Shown in pieces: positions 1 to 14,706 of a stretch of DNA of 64,000 nt. The position numbers were made by a program, and so were the translations under genes. Within the stretch, counting starts at the first letter, position 1. Every line of letters begins with the position of its first letter. The notes beneath the pieces were generated by a model, which had not been told where the DNA came from, made no database searches, and saw only the letters and a list, made by a program, of their open reading frames with translations. Source of the stretch: the human T2T-CHM13v2.0 reference genome, Homo sapiens; assembly GCF_009914755.1 (NCBI RefSeq), contig NC_060926.1. One strand, written 5' to 3'.

Positions 1-2435
1 TCTGCCTTGCAAACAACCCTCCTCTGTCTCCCCGGATTAACTGTGGTGATTGCCAAAACTCACTTTAAACATTTACCAGTCCCAAGAATCCTTGCTTTGA
101 TCACAGCACTTAGCATGGTACATTGTAGTCATTTCACTGTTTCCCACTGAAACCAAGAGCTTCTTGAGGCAAGGGCCTAAAACCCTAAGACACAGTAGCA
201 AATATTTTAAGTTTTTTACATAAATTAATGATCTAAATTACTATCTCTAAAGCAGTGTTTCTTAAACTATATTCCAAAGAATATTTGCTTTATCAGAAGT
301 ATTATACCCCAAGAGAAAGACTCCATGACCATCTGTATTTGAGAAGTATTACAAAACTGTATTTTATGTCCAATAATCAAGAAATCTCTTTAATTTTACC
401 TAATCCCCCTTTGACAATACTATTTGTGGCAAACATTAACATTTGAGGAATTAAGAGTTTCAGAGATACAGTTGCCAGAGCTTCCCAATACAGGTGGCGG
501 TTTCCTCTGGGTGGTACAAACTTGCTTGATTCACTTCTATCAATGGTGTCAGGATCCCAGATGCCAATGTCAGGCACTCCTGCTCCAAATGGGTCACCAT
601 GGAAATGAGCTTTGAATTAAGAGAGATTGCCTTCAAATGCATTTATTTTCCTTATTATTAAGTAGTCCATGGGTTTTTCCCCTAATACAAGAGAAGAGAT
701 TTTTATCTTTACTGTTAGAAAGCTCAGTATATTCTGTGTAAGAGAGATAGGTTTAAAAAACTTAAGAACAAATATTTTAAAAACCAAAACTCAGTAAGAA
801 ATACTATTCTCAATTATAATGGTAATCCCGGGACCCTAGTGCAGCTCTACTTTTTAAATCCATTTTTACTGGCTTCCACTTAAATGGCTACTTAAAATTA
901 TTTTTTATTTTAGACAAAATATAAATTGGAAATAAAAACATAATGGCTTATCAATAAAAGTTCTCATACTGATCCATATGGATTATTTCTGGCATTATAC
1001 AAGCCAATAAGTCACTTGCATCTTTAAGGAAGAGCACTGAGGAGAAAGATGTACTGTCTGCAATATTCGTAAATTATCCAACTATAACCAGGAATAACCT
1101 AAAAAGGCTTCTAGGCATTCTTATGGGCAGAGAATTATTTGTGGTATATATAAAGAAAAGAGTTAAAAAATTCTAAACTCTAAAATTCAACTCCATAACT
1201 GAGGGATTTATATACTCTATAGACTATATATTATAAACAAATACATGCTGACTTAAAAACCTTGAAATTTTTATCAAAATATACTATAACATAGGAGTTG
1301 TAAACTCAGATACTTACAAGGACAAAGGAAGGTTGCCTGAGTAAGGGAAGTACTAAGGTGGGCACAGTAGCAAACTGGAGAATACCTGCCTTCTATAAAG
1401 GGGCAACTTCTGCACAGCAGACCAAAGAATGATAGAAACTCAGGGGACACCAGATTTGATTTTTTAGGATAAGCCTGAAGTCCACATTTCTTCACGAGTC
1501 TTCTAAATTTTACATGTTGATTCAACTTATAGAGGAAAACAAACAAATCTGTGTACCACATTAGAATATGGCCCTTGTGTTTTTATATTCGCCATTAATG
1601 TGTTACTAAATGGTTGTGTATAATCCAAGTATTTGCATGTAAAATATTTTCTTTCTCTGGTATCATATGTTCTACCAAAAAATCAGGCTCTCATATGTAA
1701 TAAAAATTGCTAAAACGACTCACAATACCTGCTTCAAGAATTTTTCCAACATGTATTCATTTAAAATATGTTTGTATATAATTTTCCCAGATTGTTAACC
1801 AAATAGATAATTGGTTCACAAGACTGCTAAAACTAAATTATTAAAAGAATTCCTATCTATATTCTTAGTAACTTCATGGATTTCAGTGTTTAAAACTGAC
1901 ATTTTGGGTATGCTAAAGTTCTATAAACTTAAACATACTGAGATAGTTCATAATAAAACTTCAACTAAAAAAAAAAGTTTAGGATTTGCTACTATTCTAA
2001 TTGAGAAAGCCCAACTTGTAATGAACATTTGTTGACACATAATCACCTGCGTGGTGACAAAGGGACATGAAATCATGAAAGGGTCAGCCTCTACCTATTG
2101 AAAGATTACCCATAAGAAAATTCTGAAGACTCTCTGAATGGTAGTGAATGATTCATGGTGGGAAGGAAAACATGTTATTCTGTAAGCTGAGAGATATTGC
2201 CAATGATATTTCCTTTCACTTCCCAGTCACAGATGTAGAGAAAGACAGATAAGTCAGGCTAATATTATTGAAAAGGAGAACTTTGAAGGAAGTGGCAACT
2301 ATCAAATGCCAACTCTTCTAGAGATTTCTTACATTTTTGAGATACAGAAATTTATATATTGCACTTATCTATTCTGGGGTTTTTAATCAAGAGTGTATCC
2401 CAACCTTGAAGGTTTTTTGTTATTTTGTGTGTGGT

Positions 2436-2561
2436 TTTTTTTTTTTTTTTTTTTTTTGGCTATTATTGTTGTTAGAGACAAGAGTCTCACTATGTTGCTC
2501 AAGCTGGATTCAAACTCTTAGGCTCAAGCTGGGACTACAGGAATACACCACTTTGCCCAGC
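2436..2561 (-). mobile_element. Old Alu monomer fragment (FLAM/AluJ-like)
   Basis: Poly-T followed by gagacaagagtctcactatgttgctcaagctgg...gctgggactacagg. Confidence 0.7.
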
Positions 2562-3723
2562 TTCAAGAAAACATTTTTAAACATGTTCAGGCCTTATTAG
2601 GTCTATTACATCAAAATCTTCAGGGGAAAGCCTACAATTGTAGATTTTTAACAAAATGTCCTCAGGTCACTGTAATGCACAATTCTGAGAATTAGTGCAG
2701 CAATCACTTCAGTCTCACCTCTCACCCACATGGCTAATTCCTTTATCAGTTGGAGATGTGGCCAAAAAGAGAAAAGAGTAAGAGAGAGTGTCATTTATTA
2801 AAACTCCAGTTAAGTTTCCTGGCTATGGGTAGAACAGGGACAAGTAAACTCAAAATCCCACTTGATTTTGCTATTTACAAGCTCCTTATCTCCCACCTTC
2901 CCACTAAGACATTCTAGATTTGAGAGGAGGCTTTAGGTTCTTATTTAAGTGGCTGTTTCTGCCAGGATGAGCAATAAGTCAGTTAATAATTTGTTCCACC
3001 TTCTGCTGAAGTGTTTCTCACTTCGTCACCACATATTCACTGCCAATCTAGTTTCCTCAGAGTCCTCCTAAAATTCGTCTCTAGGCAAGTTGCAACTCAT
3101 TCTTTTTCAAACCAAAAATTATTAGACCCAAAGCTAAACAGCACCTTGTCTCAACACATAAAACAAACTTAAAAAAAAAAAAAAAACCTCTTCCTGGCAT
3201 TTCCCCTCATTATCTAATATCCAAGTGACCTGCATATTTCTGATTGCTCTCTTTCTCCCCTCCCATTTTTCCCTCTTAAGCCTTGCCACTGAGAGATAAT
3301 ACATCAGTTTTTCAGAAAATTAGCAGCAGCAGCAGCATGTCCACTTTTTCTAAGTTGCTTTAGTTTTGTTTGAGTTTTAAGATAAAGCCTATTTCCAGGG
3401 AATATTTTCTTTCCTGTGTTGTTTTACACTAATTAAGAAAAAAAAAAAAAAAAGAATAACCCTGTGTAGAAAAAAAGTTGAAAAGGTTTTACCTTTAACA
3501 AATTCACAAATATTTTCCAAAGTGCATTTTATAAAGCTGTGCCCTTTAATGCTTCTTTAAAAGTATCAATATTTAAAATAAAATCTTAGACAATTAAGTT
3601 ATTTCAAAATAACTTAATTTGTATTTGCATTCAGGGAATGGTTGAGCTTCCACATATAAAAAATTGACCCTTACCTATGTCAATGTTAAAACAAATATTT
3701 TGGAAAGAAAGTTGATTGATCTA

Positions 3724-3909
<186 letters not shown>

Positions 3910-4056
3910 TTAGACCAAGAAACAGATTGTAAATTCCAAGAATTCAAAATACACATTCCACAGGTTTCACCAACTAGTTACATGTAAATGAGATCAATTT
4001 ATTTTAATTCTATATATGTAAATCAAATCCATGTCATGCTGAAATAGTTGGCTCTA

Positions 4057-4221
<165 letters not shown>

Positions 4222-4374
4222 TCAAAACATACAATCATTCATGTAACTGTAAAAATTGAATAGCATGTTTTTCCTCTGCCTTCAAAACAAATAATTTTTT
4301 TGAAGAAAGTACAATACTTACTAGCTCTTATTGCTCACTGCCTTAATGAAAACAGCAGCCTATTTGAGTAGAAA

Positions 4375-4578
4375 GAGCTCAGTCTTTGGATTCCGTTCAA
4401 CTAGGGCTTGAGTCCTACTTTAAGCCTTGACACTTACCAACTATTGCTTAGCCTTTCTGTGCCTCAACTTCCTCATTAATAAAGATGACAATAGTAGCTA
4501 TCTCATAGGACACCATCGTTATGCTTAAATGAGAAGCTATGTAAAGTATGTAGAACAGTTCCTACAACAACTCAATAA
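4375..4578 (+). mobile_element. MIR remnant
   Basis: ctgtgcctcaacttcctcatt...ctcatagg...ttaaatgag core-like motifs. Confidence 0.55.
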
Positions 4579-4585
4579 TTCTAAG

Positions 4586-4872
4586 ATTTTTGTTTTTTGA
4601 GACAAAGTCTCACTCTTTTGCCCAGGCTGGAGTGCAATGGTGTAACTATACCTGGAACTCCTGGGTCAAATGATCCTCCATCCCCAGCCTCCTGAGTAGC
4701 TGGGACTACAGATGAGCACCAGCATGCCCAGCTATTTATTTAAAAATTTTTGTAGAGTAAGAATCTCACTTTGTTGCCCAGGCTGGTCTCAAACTCCTGG
4801 CATCAAGCAATCCTCTCACCTCAGCCTCCCAAAGTTCTGGGATTACAGGTGTGAGCCACTGCACCCAGCCAG
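4586..4872 (-). mobile_element. AluJ-like element
   Basis: Diverged antisense Alu dimer. Confidence 0.85.
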
Positions 4873-6757
4873 ATATTATAATTATTACTATTACTACTAA
4901 ACAAAACCATTTTAATTAGGTAGAATGATACAATTATACCTACTTTGCAGGATGACTTAACGAGTAGGTCACATTTTAACACCTCTGACATTGGAATGTC
5001 ACTTATAATTCATGATTTGTTATAACTATAATTGGTAGCATTTTAAAAATTATCTTATTGATATATAAAATAGCGGGGCATCACGCAATCCATGAGACCT
5101 TACATTAAGTAGAATATGGTATACTCAGCAGGTCTAGGGCAGTTCTAAGCATGTAACTGAAACTTAAATACATTTTAGTTCTTAAAGGTACTATGGGGAA
5201 AGAGCACTGAAATAACAATAATGCATTTTTTAAACAAATTAATTCTTTGATTTTCAAACAACTTGAAGCCAAAGGAAACTCATGATTCAAATGAATACAT
5301 ATGGCTCATTGTATTCAATATTTATACTTAGAGAATATATGCAAATAAGACTTTCCAATGATTAATATTAGTATTTAAGACTGATAAACTTTCGAAAGAG
5401 CAGTTAAAGGTTATCTTCTATTTTCTAACTTCAGAAATGCTTTTGTTTGAAAGGTGGGAGATAAAGTTTCAAGGAGATTAAGTCCCAATATTCCTATTTT
5501 AAATCTCTCAGCTTGTGCAGGCGGGGCAGGTAAACATGAAGTGTTTAAGGATGGACGGGTCCTGAGAGATGGTAGAATATGTCTGCTACATAGCAGGTAC
5601 TCAGGTTACGCTTGATCCATAAATAGAATGAAAGAATGGATAAATACAGTTGGGGAGTTCAATATTTTTAAATAAACTCCTATAAAGCAATATTTTTGCA
5701 ATAGTAATTATTTATATGTTATTTTATTTTTAAAGAATACAATTAAAATGAAATGATCAATCCAGCTTTGTTTGCATAAATGGAATGAGTATATAAGAAA
5801 AACATATGTACATAATAAAATATATAGATAATAAAATCTGGAAACAGATAAAAATATTCCCTTTTTACTTCTGAAGAGGCTAAAAGCTCAAAGAAGATAA
5901 CAACACACACAATAATGATAAACAATAGAAAGTGAGAAATTATTTTCATCAGCGCAAGATTCATATTCCTCTCTTCCCAAGGATTATTCCATTAATAATA
6001 AACTTTTACTAGAAGTTTTGTACATGCTCACTGCAGCAATCACAGATAAGAAAAAGGAAAAAAACTTTACTTAAAATACAAATGCTCAGAAATTACAAAT
6101 TTTATATTTTGTACATATTTTTGCTAAAACAAGACCATAGTATGTGTATGTATAATTTAACTAATTTTTTTTCCTCGCTAGCTATAACAAAATACATCTT
6201 TGCACATCAACGTACTTCTGTATCTATTGCCACCTTCAGTGGTCACATATTATTCCATCCTATGGATGCAACTGAAATTTATTTATAGGATCCATTCTAT
6301 GGGTTCTTTTTAAAGTAAGTACTGTGAAAAATAAAGTGCATGTCTCTTTATTTCCTAAGGGTATTTTAGTATAATGGAATTGGTGGGTAAAGGGCATACA
6401 CACTTTTTAAATGTAGTACTTACCATTTTCAAATGAGTACTTTGAAAAGTAATCAGCAACTTAAACTTTAAGCAGCAGTAAAAAACATCCTCACAAATAT
6501 TGTGGATAGAAAACTGTTTCATTCCTCTTTTAAATTCTTATACCAGAAATGCAAAGGATTTTTTCCTATGTATATAAATAACTTGTAGATCTGGAAAAAG
6601 GTACTTTGCCCACTTTTAGAGTGTTTGATGATTTGATTTGAAAGAATTCTCTGTAAAATGAAGATGTACTTTTCATCTCATGTGTATATATAACTGATAT
6701 ATATAACATATCTGTTATATATGTATACATATCAGTAATATATATATATATATCTTA

Positions 6758-7156
<399 letters not shown>

Positions 7157-7488
7157 TTATCTGACAACTTTTCGCCCACTGAAATAACTCACGGTATTTT
7201 TGATAGGGGAACGAGTTCTCTCATTAGGCACCTCCTATAATGTATATAAACCATGTTTTAAAAGCGTACGTTAAAAATAACAACGCTGTATATGCTTAAC
7301 TTTGTGAGTTAAATCACTCAAATTCTCCAACTGCTCCAGCCAGAGAATTATGAGGGATGGAAAACAGCTGAGAGTCCGTTTGGCTCCGCCGCTCCGAGGG
7401 TGCCCGGCGCCCTGCAAGGCCCCGTCCCAGGGTCTGCGGGGAAGCCGGGCCTGGGGACCCCCTCCCACCCCGGGCTGAGCCCCCGCTA

Positions 7489-7707
<219 letters not shown>

Positions 7708-7787
7708 TCAGACCCCCAACCACCGGCTCTTGAGCGGGGGCAGCTCCCTGTCACCTTTTCACCACCCCCCTCCCCCGACCCCGGCCG

Positions 7788-7887
7788 ACCCAGCCCCAAA
7801 TCGCCTATCCAACCCCAAAGCCCCGATCCAACCCCAAATCCGCTATTTCAAATCTATGATCTACTCCACAATCCGCGATCCAGCCCG
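7788..7887. repeat. Short degenerate tandem repeat (~19-20 bp, GATCCAACCCCAAATCCGC-like) upstream of the ANKRD20A ATG
   Basis: Recurring ccaaccccaaa / gatcc motifs. Confidence 0.55.
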
Positions 7888-10250
7888 GTCCACCACAGCC
7901 TTCAGCAGCGACACTGGCAGCCTCCGACCTCTCAGACCGAGTGAGCCTCGCAAAGCCGTTGGGCGCGCGCCTGCACCGCGGTTGCTGCCGGGCTCCCGGA
8001 AGACGCTCCCTGGCGGCGCGCGCCGGCAGGTAAGGCTGCAGCTCTGGGCAGGCGCCGATGGGCTCTCCGGTTCTCCTGGGATCGCCCGGGCGGCCCCAGA
8101 ATCGCAGGCGCGCAGCCAGCCCGGCCTGAGGAGGAGGGCCTGTCTGGCCTTGCAGCCCGCCCCGCTCCTCCTCGGAAGAGAGGGTGCTGGCAAGGGCCCT
8201 CCGCGGCCACCTGAGTGGCTTCGCGGATTGTCTGGCTGAACGCTGAGGCTCTGGCCCTGGAGTCTGTGTGGCTAGTGTAAGGTAGCTGGAGAGGCATGGA
8301 GGCAGAGTCAGGGGCTGCTCCTTCCCCCACCCGCCCTCACTGCTGCCAGTGCCACACGCGCGGTTTGCAACTGCAGATCTGGCACTGGCGCAGGATGGCG
8401 GAGCTTCCCTTGGATGGCCTCAGGGCCGCAGAGCGCACAGCCCACCTGGCCTCAAAGGTCCGCTCCTCTTGGACACCTTTCTGGATCCTGGGCCCTGGCG
8501 CTGGGCACTCTGTATCCACACGGATGAAACAACGGCTGCTGGCGGGGCCGGTTGCCTGATTTTGCCGCCTGGGGGTCTGGCCTCAGGATCCACGCTACTG
8601 GGGGGCGGGCATGGTCTGGAGTGTCCAGCCACTTGCTGCCGGTGCACCACGTCTAGACTGCAGCTGCGGCTCCGATGCCGGCGTGAGCTGGCGGGCCTGG
8701 TACCTGATGTCCTCAGGGTCAAGTGCATCGCCCTCCCACTTGAGGGGTTGCTCTGACTTGGCCTCCTCCAAGAACGCAGGGGCCGCCGGGGCTGGCTCTT
8801 CGTGGTAACCGGGATGGTACTGAGCAGCAGGTTTTCACCCTGGTGCCGCTGCTGTGCGGACTGCCTGACTTGGGCGCCCAGGCACCGGCCCCAGGGTCCG
8901 CGTGGCAGGTGTGCAGGTAGGGTGAGTGGCGCGGAGGGCCGGGGGTTGCTCCGTCATCTCTGCCCGTGTGCAACTTGCAGTTTTGTGCAGCAGCTGAGGC
9001 GCTGGCACGGGAAGGCGGAGCTCCCCTGGATGGCGTCAGGTTTGCGGGCACAGAGCACAGCCCACCAGACCTGAAGGTCTGCTCAGGGGCCATAGTGGTT
9101 GAGTTCTCCATGGAAACTGGGATGGGGTGAACGGCCAGTTCCCGTCCTTTGGCCGCCTGGCCAACTGCCAGACTTAACCGCTGCCGCCCAGGCATCTGTC
9201 TCTAGCGTTGCTGCTACTTGGGTAGAAGTGGGGGTCGGGGTGGGGCGTGGAGCTTCACCGGTTGCCAGGCCAGCACTGTCTTTGCAACATATTCAGATGG
9301 CGGCGGGCAGCTCGGGCGCCAGCATGGGCTGGCGGGGCTCCCCTGGACGGCCCTCAGGTCGCTCACAGCATTGTCCCAGGACTTCCTCCGCCTGTGCCAG
9401 GTGGGCAAGGTAGGGGGGAGCTTCCAAGGCTTCTATCCCAACTCTACCTATTTCTACCTATTTTCTCTTGAGTTATTTTGCCTTTATCTCAGTTTTATTT
9501 GCAAAAATAGTATACGCAAAATACATCGAGTGAATGCACATCAGGCATATAGAAGATCTGGCAGAAACATGTTTTCTCCTGCCCATTTCCAGTCAGTATT
9601 TGAACACAGAGGCTTCCACGGTTTTGATTCTTTCCACAAAAGGTGAGTTTTGTCTGTTTTCACCATTTATGTAAGTGAAACTATAAATTATATAATTTTT
9701 ATGTTCACTCACTAAACATGCTTGTGACACATCATTTTGCTCCTATTATTCATTAATTTTATTTTGTAATACTCAATTTTATGACTATACCACAGGTTTG
9801 AGGCCTTTGCTATTGATAGACACAAAAGCAGTTTCTGATTTGAGGCTATCATGAATAAACCTGCTACGAACAAATCAGATATACATGTTTTTCTGTAATA
9901 ATATTTTCACTTTTCTTGAGTTTAAGTACATAAGAGTGGATTTTCTGGGTTATAAAATAAGTATATATTTGGCATTGTATGAAATGGGGAGACATTTTCC
10001 TAAGTGGTTGTGTCATCTTAAACTACAATGAAAATGTTTGAGAGAATCAGTTCCACTTTCTAACCAATACTTGATGATGTCAGTTGTTTTAGTGTTATCC
10101 ATTCTTATGGGATATAAATGCTGAGTAGCTGTCTGCCTTCCCCCACAACACAGAAAATTGAGGGCCTAGAGGACAGTTTTATTTTCATATTTGACATCTT
10201 CTATTATTTTTTATAGAAGGGTGATATGTGGGTAGTAAAATTTTCTTTCA

Positions 10251-10742
<492 letters not shown>

Positions 10743-10798
10743 TCTCAGACTTCTGGGAGACACTGAATTTATGAATGTGTACAGCATGTCACAATAAC

Positions 10799-11047
10799 TT
10801 TTTTTTTTTTTTGAGACCAAGTCTCACTCTGCTGCCCAAGCTGGAGTGCAGTGGCCCATCTCAGCTCACTGCAACCTCTGCCTCCCGGATTCAAGCAATT
10901 CTCCTGTCTTGGCCTCCCCAGTAGCTGGGATTACAGGTGCTGCAACCATACCTGGCTAATTTTTGTATTTTTAGTAGAGACGGGGTTTCACATATTGGCC
11001 AGGCTGGTCTCGAACTCCTCACCTCAGATGATCCACCTGCCTCAGCC
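10799..11047 (-). mobile_element. AluS-like element, 5'-truncated
   Basis: Poly-T then antisense Alu ending at ccacctgcctcagcc. Confidence 0.9.
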
Positions 11048-11173
11048 AATGGGTGGATTGTTAACTCAAAATACGTACCATTGAATACTGAGGAAAAGGT
11101 ATAGCCATCATCACCAGCAGCTGAGATGCCAGTTGAGATACCAGAAATGCCCCAGCACGTAACTCCTCTTTTA

Positions 11174-11176
<3 letters not shown>

Positions 11177-11217
<41 letters not shown>
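11177..11217. repeat. (CA)n microsatellite
   Basis: Pure CA run. Confidence 0.95.
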
Positions 11218-11219
<2 letters not shown>

Positions 11220-11865
11220 ATGGTAACCACTTCAGGATGGACACAGAAACAGCCATATTCTTTTTTGGGAGCACATTCCCCTATGACACTTAGATCCTAA
11301 TGCTGACTCCAATTCCCTCCCGGGACCTCCCCTCTCCTTACAGCATGCTGGGCTTTCCCTTAGAAAACCCCATGTCATTTCCTGCAATGGAACATCCATC
11401 AGCTTCACCCACAGTGTCTGCATGTCTCTGTCCACAGCAAATGTTTTTATTACTTTAAAATATAGATTTTTACCTTAACTGGCCAAAGACTTAGGACCCT
11501 TTTTCCAAGCTCTTTTAGATGAATAAATGCAAATATTAGAGATGTGTATATGTGTATAAATATATGGGGAAAAGATGTTGCCTAGTTGTACAAATTAGCT
11601 TTAACAAAACTCCTGATTCAAATTATTTGTGAGAAGGGCGATTCTAACTCAACACACCAACAAAATAAAAGCCTTATCCCTCTGCTCCCCCAAAATATCC
11701 CATTCAGAGCCTGCGCGTGTGTGTACACACACTTGTGCACTCATCCCCACCTGACCGTATCAAATTATTATTTAAACTAGATATTTTTACTTTGTTGCAT
11801 AGTAGTAATGGTTTCTGGAATGAAAAAAAAAACAGGAGAATAAAACTGTTTAAATGTATCTCCGG

Positions 11866-13193
11866 GTGGACGCTGTGGCCACTGCACCAACCCCGCCGGT
11901 GGCGCCGAGTACCTGCGTCTCAGGAAGAGGTTCTGGCCGGGCCTCCGCCTGAGGCCGCGCCCCTGGGACCTGTGCGAAGTCCACGTGAACGCGGAGCGCA
12001 GCATTCACCATCCCCTCCCTGAAACAGCGGTACCCGAGGCGCTCCACAGGCAGGGCCGAGCTGGGCGAGGGGGATCTCAGCCCCTGCACGGGCCGCCCTG
12101 AGCGGCGGGGACGCAGGAAGAGGTCGCTGGCTCCACCCGCCCCTACCCCAGACGCGGGACCTCGCGGCCAGCGAGGACCTGGAGCCCCCGCCCCACGGCT
12201 GCCAGGAGGCGGACAGGGGCAGTTCCTGGGGGGCTACCGCCCCGAGGCCATTCTGCCAGAACTTGAGCGACTTGGCAAGGGGCAGCGCCCCGCCCCTGAA
12301 GAGGAGCCTGTGTCCTAGAGGCAGCAGCCTGGGAGCTCCTCCGAGGAGGACACGGCACAGGCGAGTGACTCTGGCGGCGCAGCGCTGGCTTTCCCGTCTG
12401 CGGAGGAGGAGAGCTGCGGGGCTGGGTGAGCTGGACCCAGCAGCACGGCTGGCTGCTCTCGGCCTCCGATGGGGAGTGGACAGCTTAGGGGGTTGCCCTC
12501 GTGCCAGCCGGCCTGCTGGCCACGCTGGGCTTCATCACCTCCTCACTTGCCTGCACAGGCGCCTAGCACCGCAGGCCAGAGCTTCTGGCCATGCTGGTCA
12601 ACTTCCCCAAGGAGCCTCCGCTGCCCGGGAACAGCAAAGCCAGGACTAGCAAGGCTACACCGCCCTGCACTTGGCAGCCATGTACCTTGGAGATGGTGAA
12701 GCTGCTAGTGGGGACCTAGGACGCCGATGTGGACATCAGGGACTACATTGGGAAAAGGGCCTCCCAGTATGTGAGTCAGAGCATCAGAGAGGAGATCGAG
12801 ACCCTGGTGGGAGTCCTGGACGAGGACGACGGGGAGAACACCGCCAGCAGCGAGGGTGGGTACTGTAAGATTTAAAAGGTGCCCCCTCCATCTCATCACC
12901 TACAAACTCTCACACGTCCTGGAAGATGGGGGGACCCTCTTCACCATCACCTCTTGGCTGAAGGTGGTCCAGACGCGAAGCCAAGGATTCCAGGGCACAG
13001 AGCCTCGGGCAGGACTAATGGACTTAAAAAACACAGGCTCAACAAAATCCACTTCACAACCCAGGTGGTTCACATCACACCCTCTTTCAGGGACCCAGAG
13101 CAGCCACTGGAAGAGGAGGAGTAGGAACGCTCTCTTAAAGGCCACTTATTCTATTCCTTCAAATTAAGACCAAAGCCCAATGTATTTAGGTAA
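11866..13193 (+). pseudogene. SOWAHC (ANKRD57) pseudogene, 5'-truncated, with frameshifts and stops; AT-rich 3'UTR-like sequence probably continues to ~16.8 kb
   Basis: Frame-shifted peptides match SOWAHC as I recall it: VDAVATA..GAEYLRLRKRF, SEDLEPPPHGCQEADRGSS, QNLSDLARGSAPPLKRSLCP, ELLAMLVNF, GYTALHLAAM, EMVKLLVGT*DADVDIRDYIGKRASQY, LHLITYKLSHVLEDGG, RLNKIHFTTQVVHITPSFRDPEQPLE, KLRPKPNVFR* (TAA 13191-13193). Confidence 0.88.
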
Positions 13194-13388
13194 AAATAAT
13201 TTCTTTTAGAAAATGCTAAGGTTTGTCTTCTGAAATTTAATAACAAAAAAAGAACACTAGATGTCAGTAAGGAAGTGAGACCAGAAAAGACAAACTAAAT
13301 TATCCTTACTAGGTTGGAATGGATGGGGTGGAGTTCCCATCAGGCTAGCATTCTGGGCAAAGCGTTTTTTTTTTGTGGGTGGGGGGGA

Positions 13389-13664
13389 TGGAGTCTCGCT
13401 CTGTCGCCCAGGCTGGAGTGCAGTGGCGCCATCTCCACTCGCTGCAAGCTCTGCCCCTCGGGTTCATGCCATTCTCATGCCCCAGCCTCTGAGTAGCTGG
13501 TACTATAGGCGCCCGCCACCACACCGGGCTAATTTTTTTGTATTTTTAGTAGAGACAGGGTTTCACCGTGTTCACCAGGATGGTCTCGATTCCTGACCTC
13601 ATGATCCGCCCATCTCGGCCTCCCAAAGTGCTGGGATTACAGGCGTGAGCCACCGCGCCCGGCC
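13389..13664 (-). mobile_element. AluY-like element
   Basis: Antisense Alu with AluY-type aggatggtctcgat...cctgacctc. Confidence 0.9.
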
Positions 13665-13983
13665 GGATTTCTTTTTAAGAGATTCATAATACCTTGACCT
13701 GTGCCCCATTTCCCTCCTCCACCTGTCTGACCTGGCGTCCCTATTTCGGGAGACCAGAAGTAGGGGGAAGAGAAGGGATGACTGTTTCTTTGCTTTCACC
13801 ATTCCTGGATGCCATGCAAAGGAAAGAATATTGCACTTTTATGTATCTGTTTTATTAAGTGGTTACTCTTCCAAGGACAAAAAAAAATGCAAATTGTTAC
13901 GAAACTGGTAGTATTTTTAAGTGCAAGTACTACATGCTGCCTTGTTCTTTTACCAATTGCATTTGCATTTTAATGTACTACTG

Positions 13984-14706
13984 GTACAGCCATGGTTGAG
14001 AACAGTTTGGAGGTTCCTCTAAACACTGAAAATAGAGGTATCACATGATCCAGCAATCCCACTGTTGGGTATATACCCCAAAAATAGGAAATGAGTATAT
14101 CGAAGTAATTATCTGCACTCCCATGTTGGTTGCACCACTGTTAACAATAGCTAAGATTTGGAAGCAACCTAAGTGTCCATCAATAACTTAATGTATTAAA
14201 GAAAATCTGGTAGATACACACAGTGGAGTATTATTCAGCCCTAAAAAAGAATGAGATTCAGTCATTTGCAACAACATGGAAGGAACTGGAGATAATTATG
14301 TTAAGGGAAATAAGCCAAGCACGGAAAGGCAGACATTGCATGTTCTCACTTGTTTGTGGGATCTAAAAATCAAAACAATTGAACTCATGGACATAGTAAG
14401 TACTAGGGAGCTGGGGGGGGGGGAAGGCAGGGGATGGGTAATGGGTACAAAAATAGGCAGAAGGAATGAATAAGACATACTATTTGATAACACAACAGGG
14501 GGACTCTAGTCAATAATTGTTCATTTAAAAATAACTAAAAGAATGTAATTGGATTGTAACACAAAGGATACATGCTTGAAGGGATGGATACCCCACCCTC
14601 CATGATGTGATTAGTTCACACTGCATGCCTGTATCGAAACATCTCATGCACCCCATAAATATATATGCCTATTATATACTCACAAAAATGTTTGAAAATA
14701 AAAATA
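13984..14706 (+). mobile_element. L1MA-type 3' end with target-site duplication
   Basis: L1 ORF2 end and 3'UTR (gatccagcaatcccactgttgggtatatacc ... ccccataaatatat); degenerate TSD aatgtactactg (13972-13983) / aaggaactactg (14707-14718). Confidence 0.8.

Noticed and set aside
250-640. Possible DNA-transposon remnant or ANKRD20A exon 4
   Set aside because: No ankyrin-like translation, and only a weak cagtgtttct terminal motif; cannot support a call.
11866-13193. SNX18 pseudogene (often near ANKRD20A loci)
   Set aside because: Peptides match SOWAHC; no SH3/PX/BAR sequence seen.
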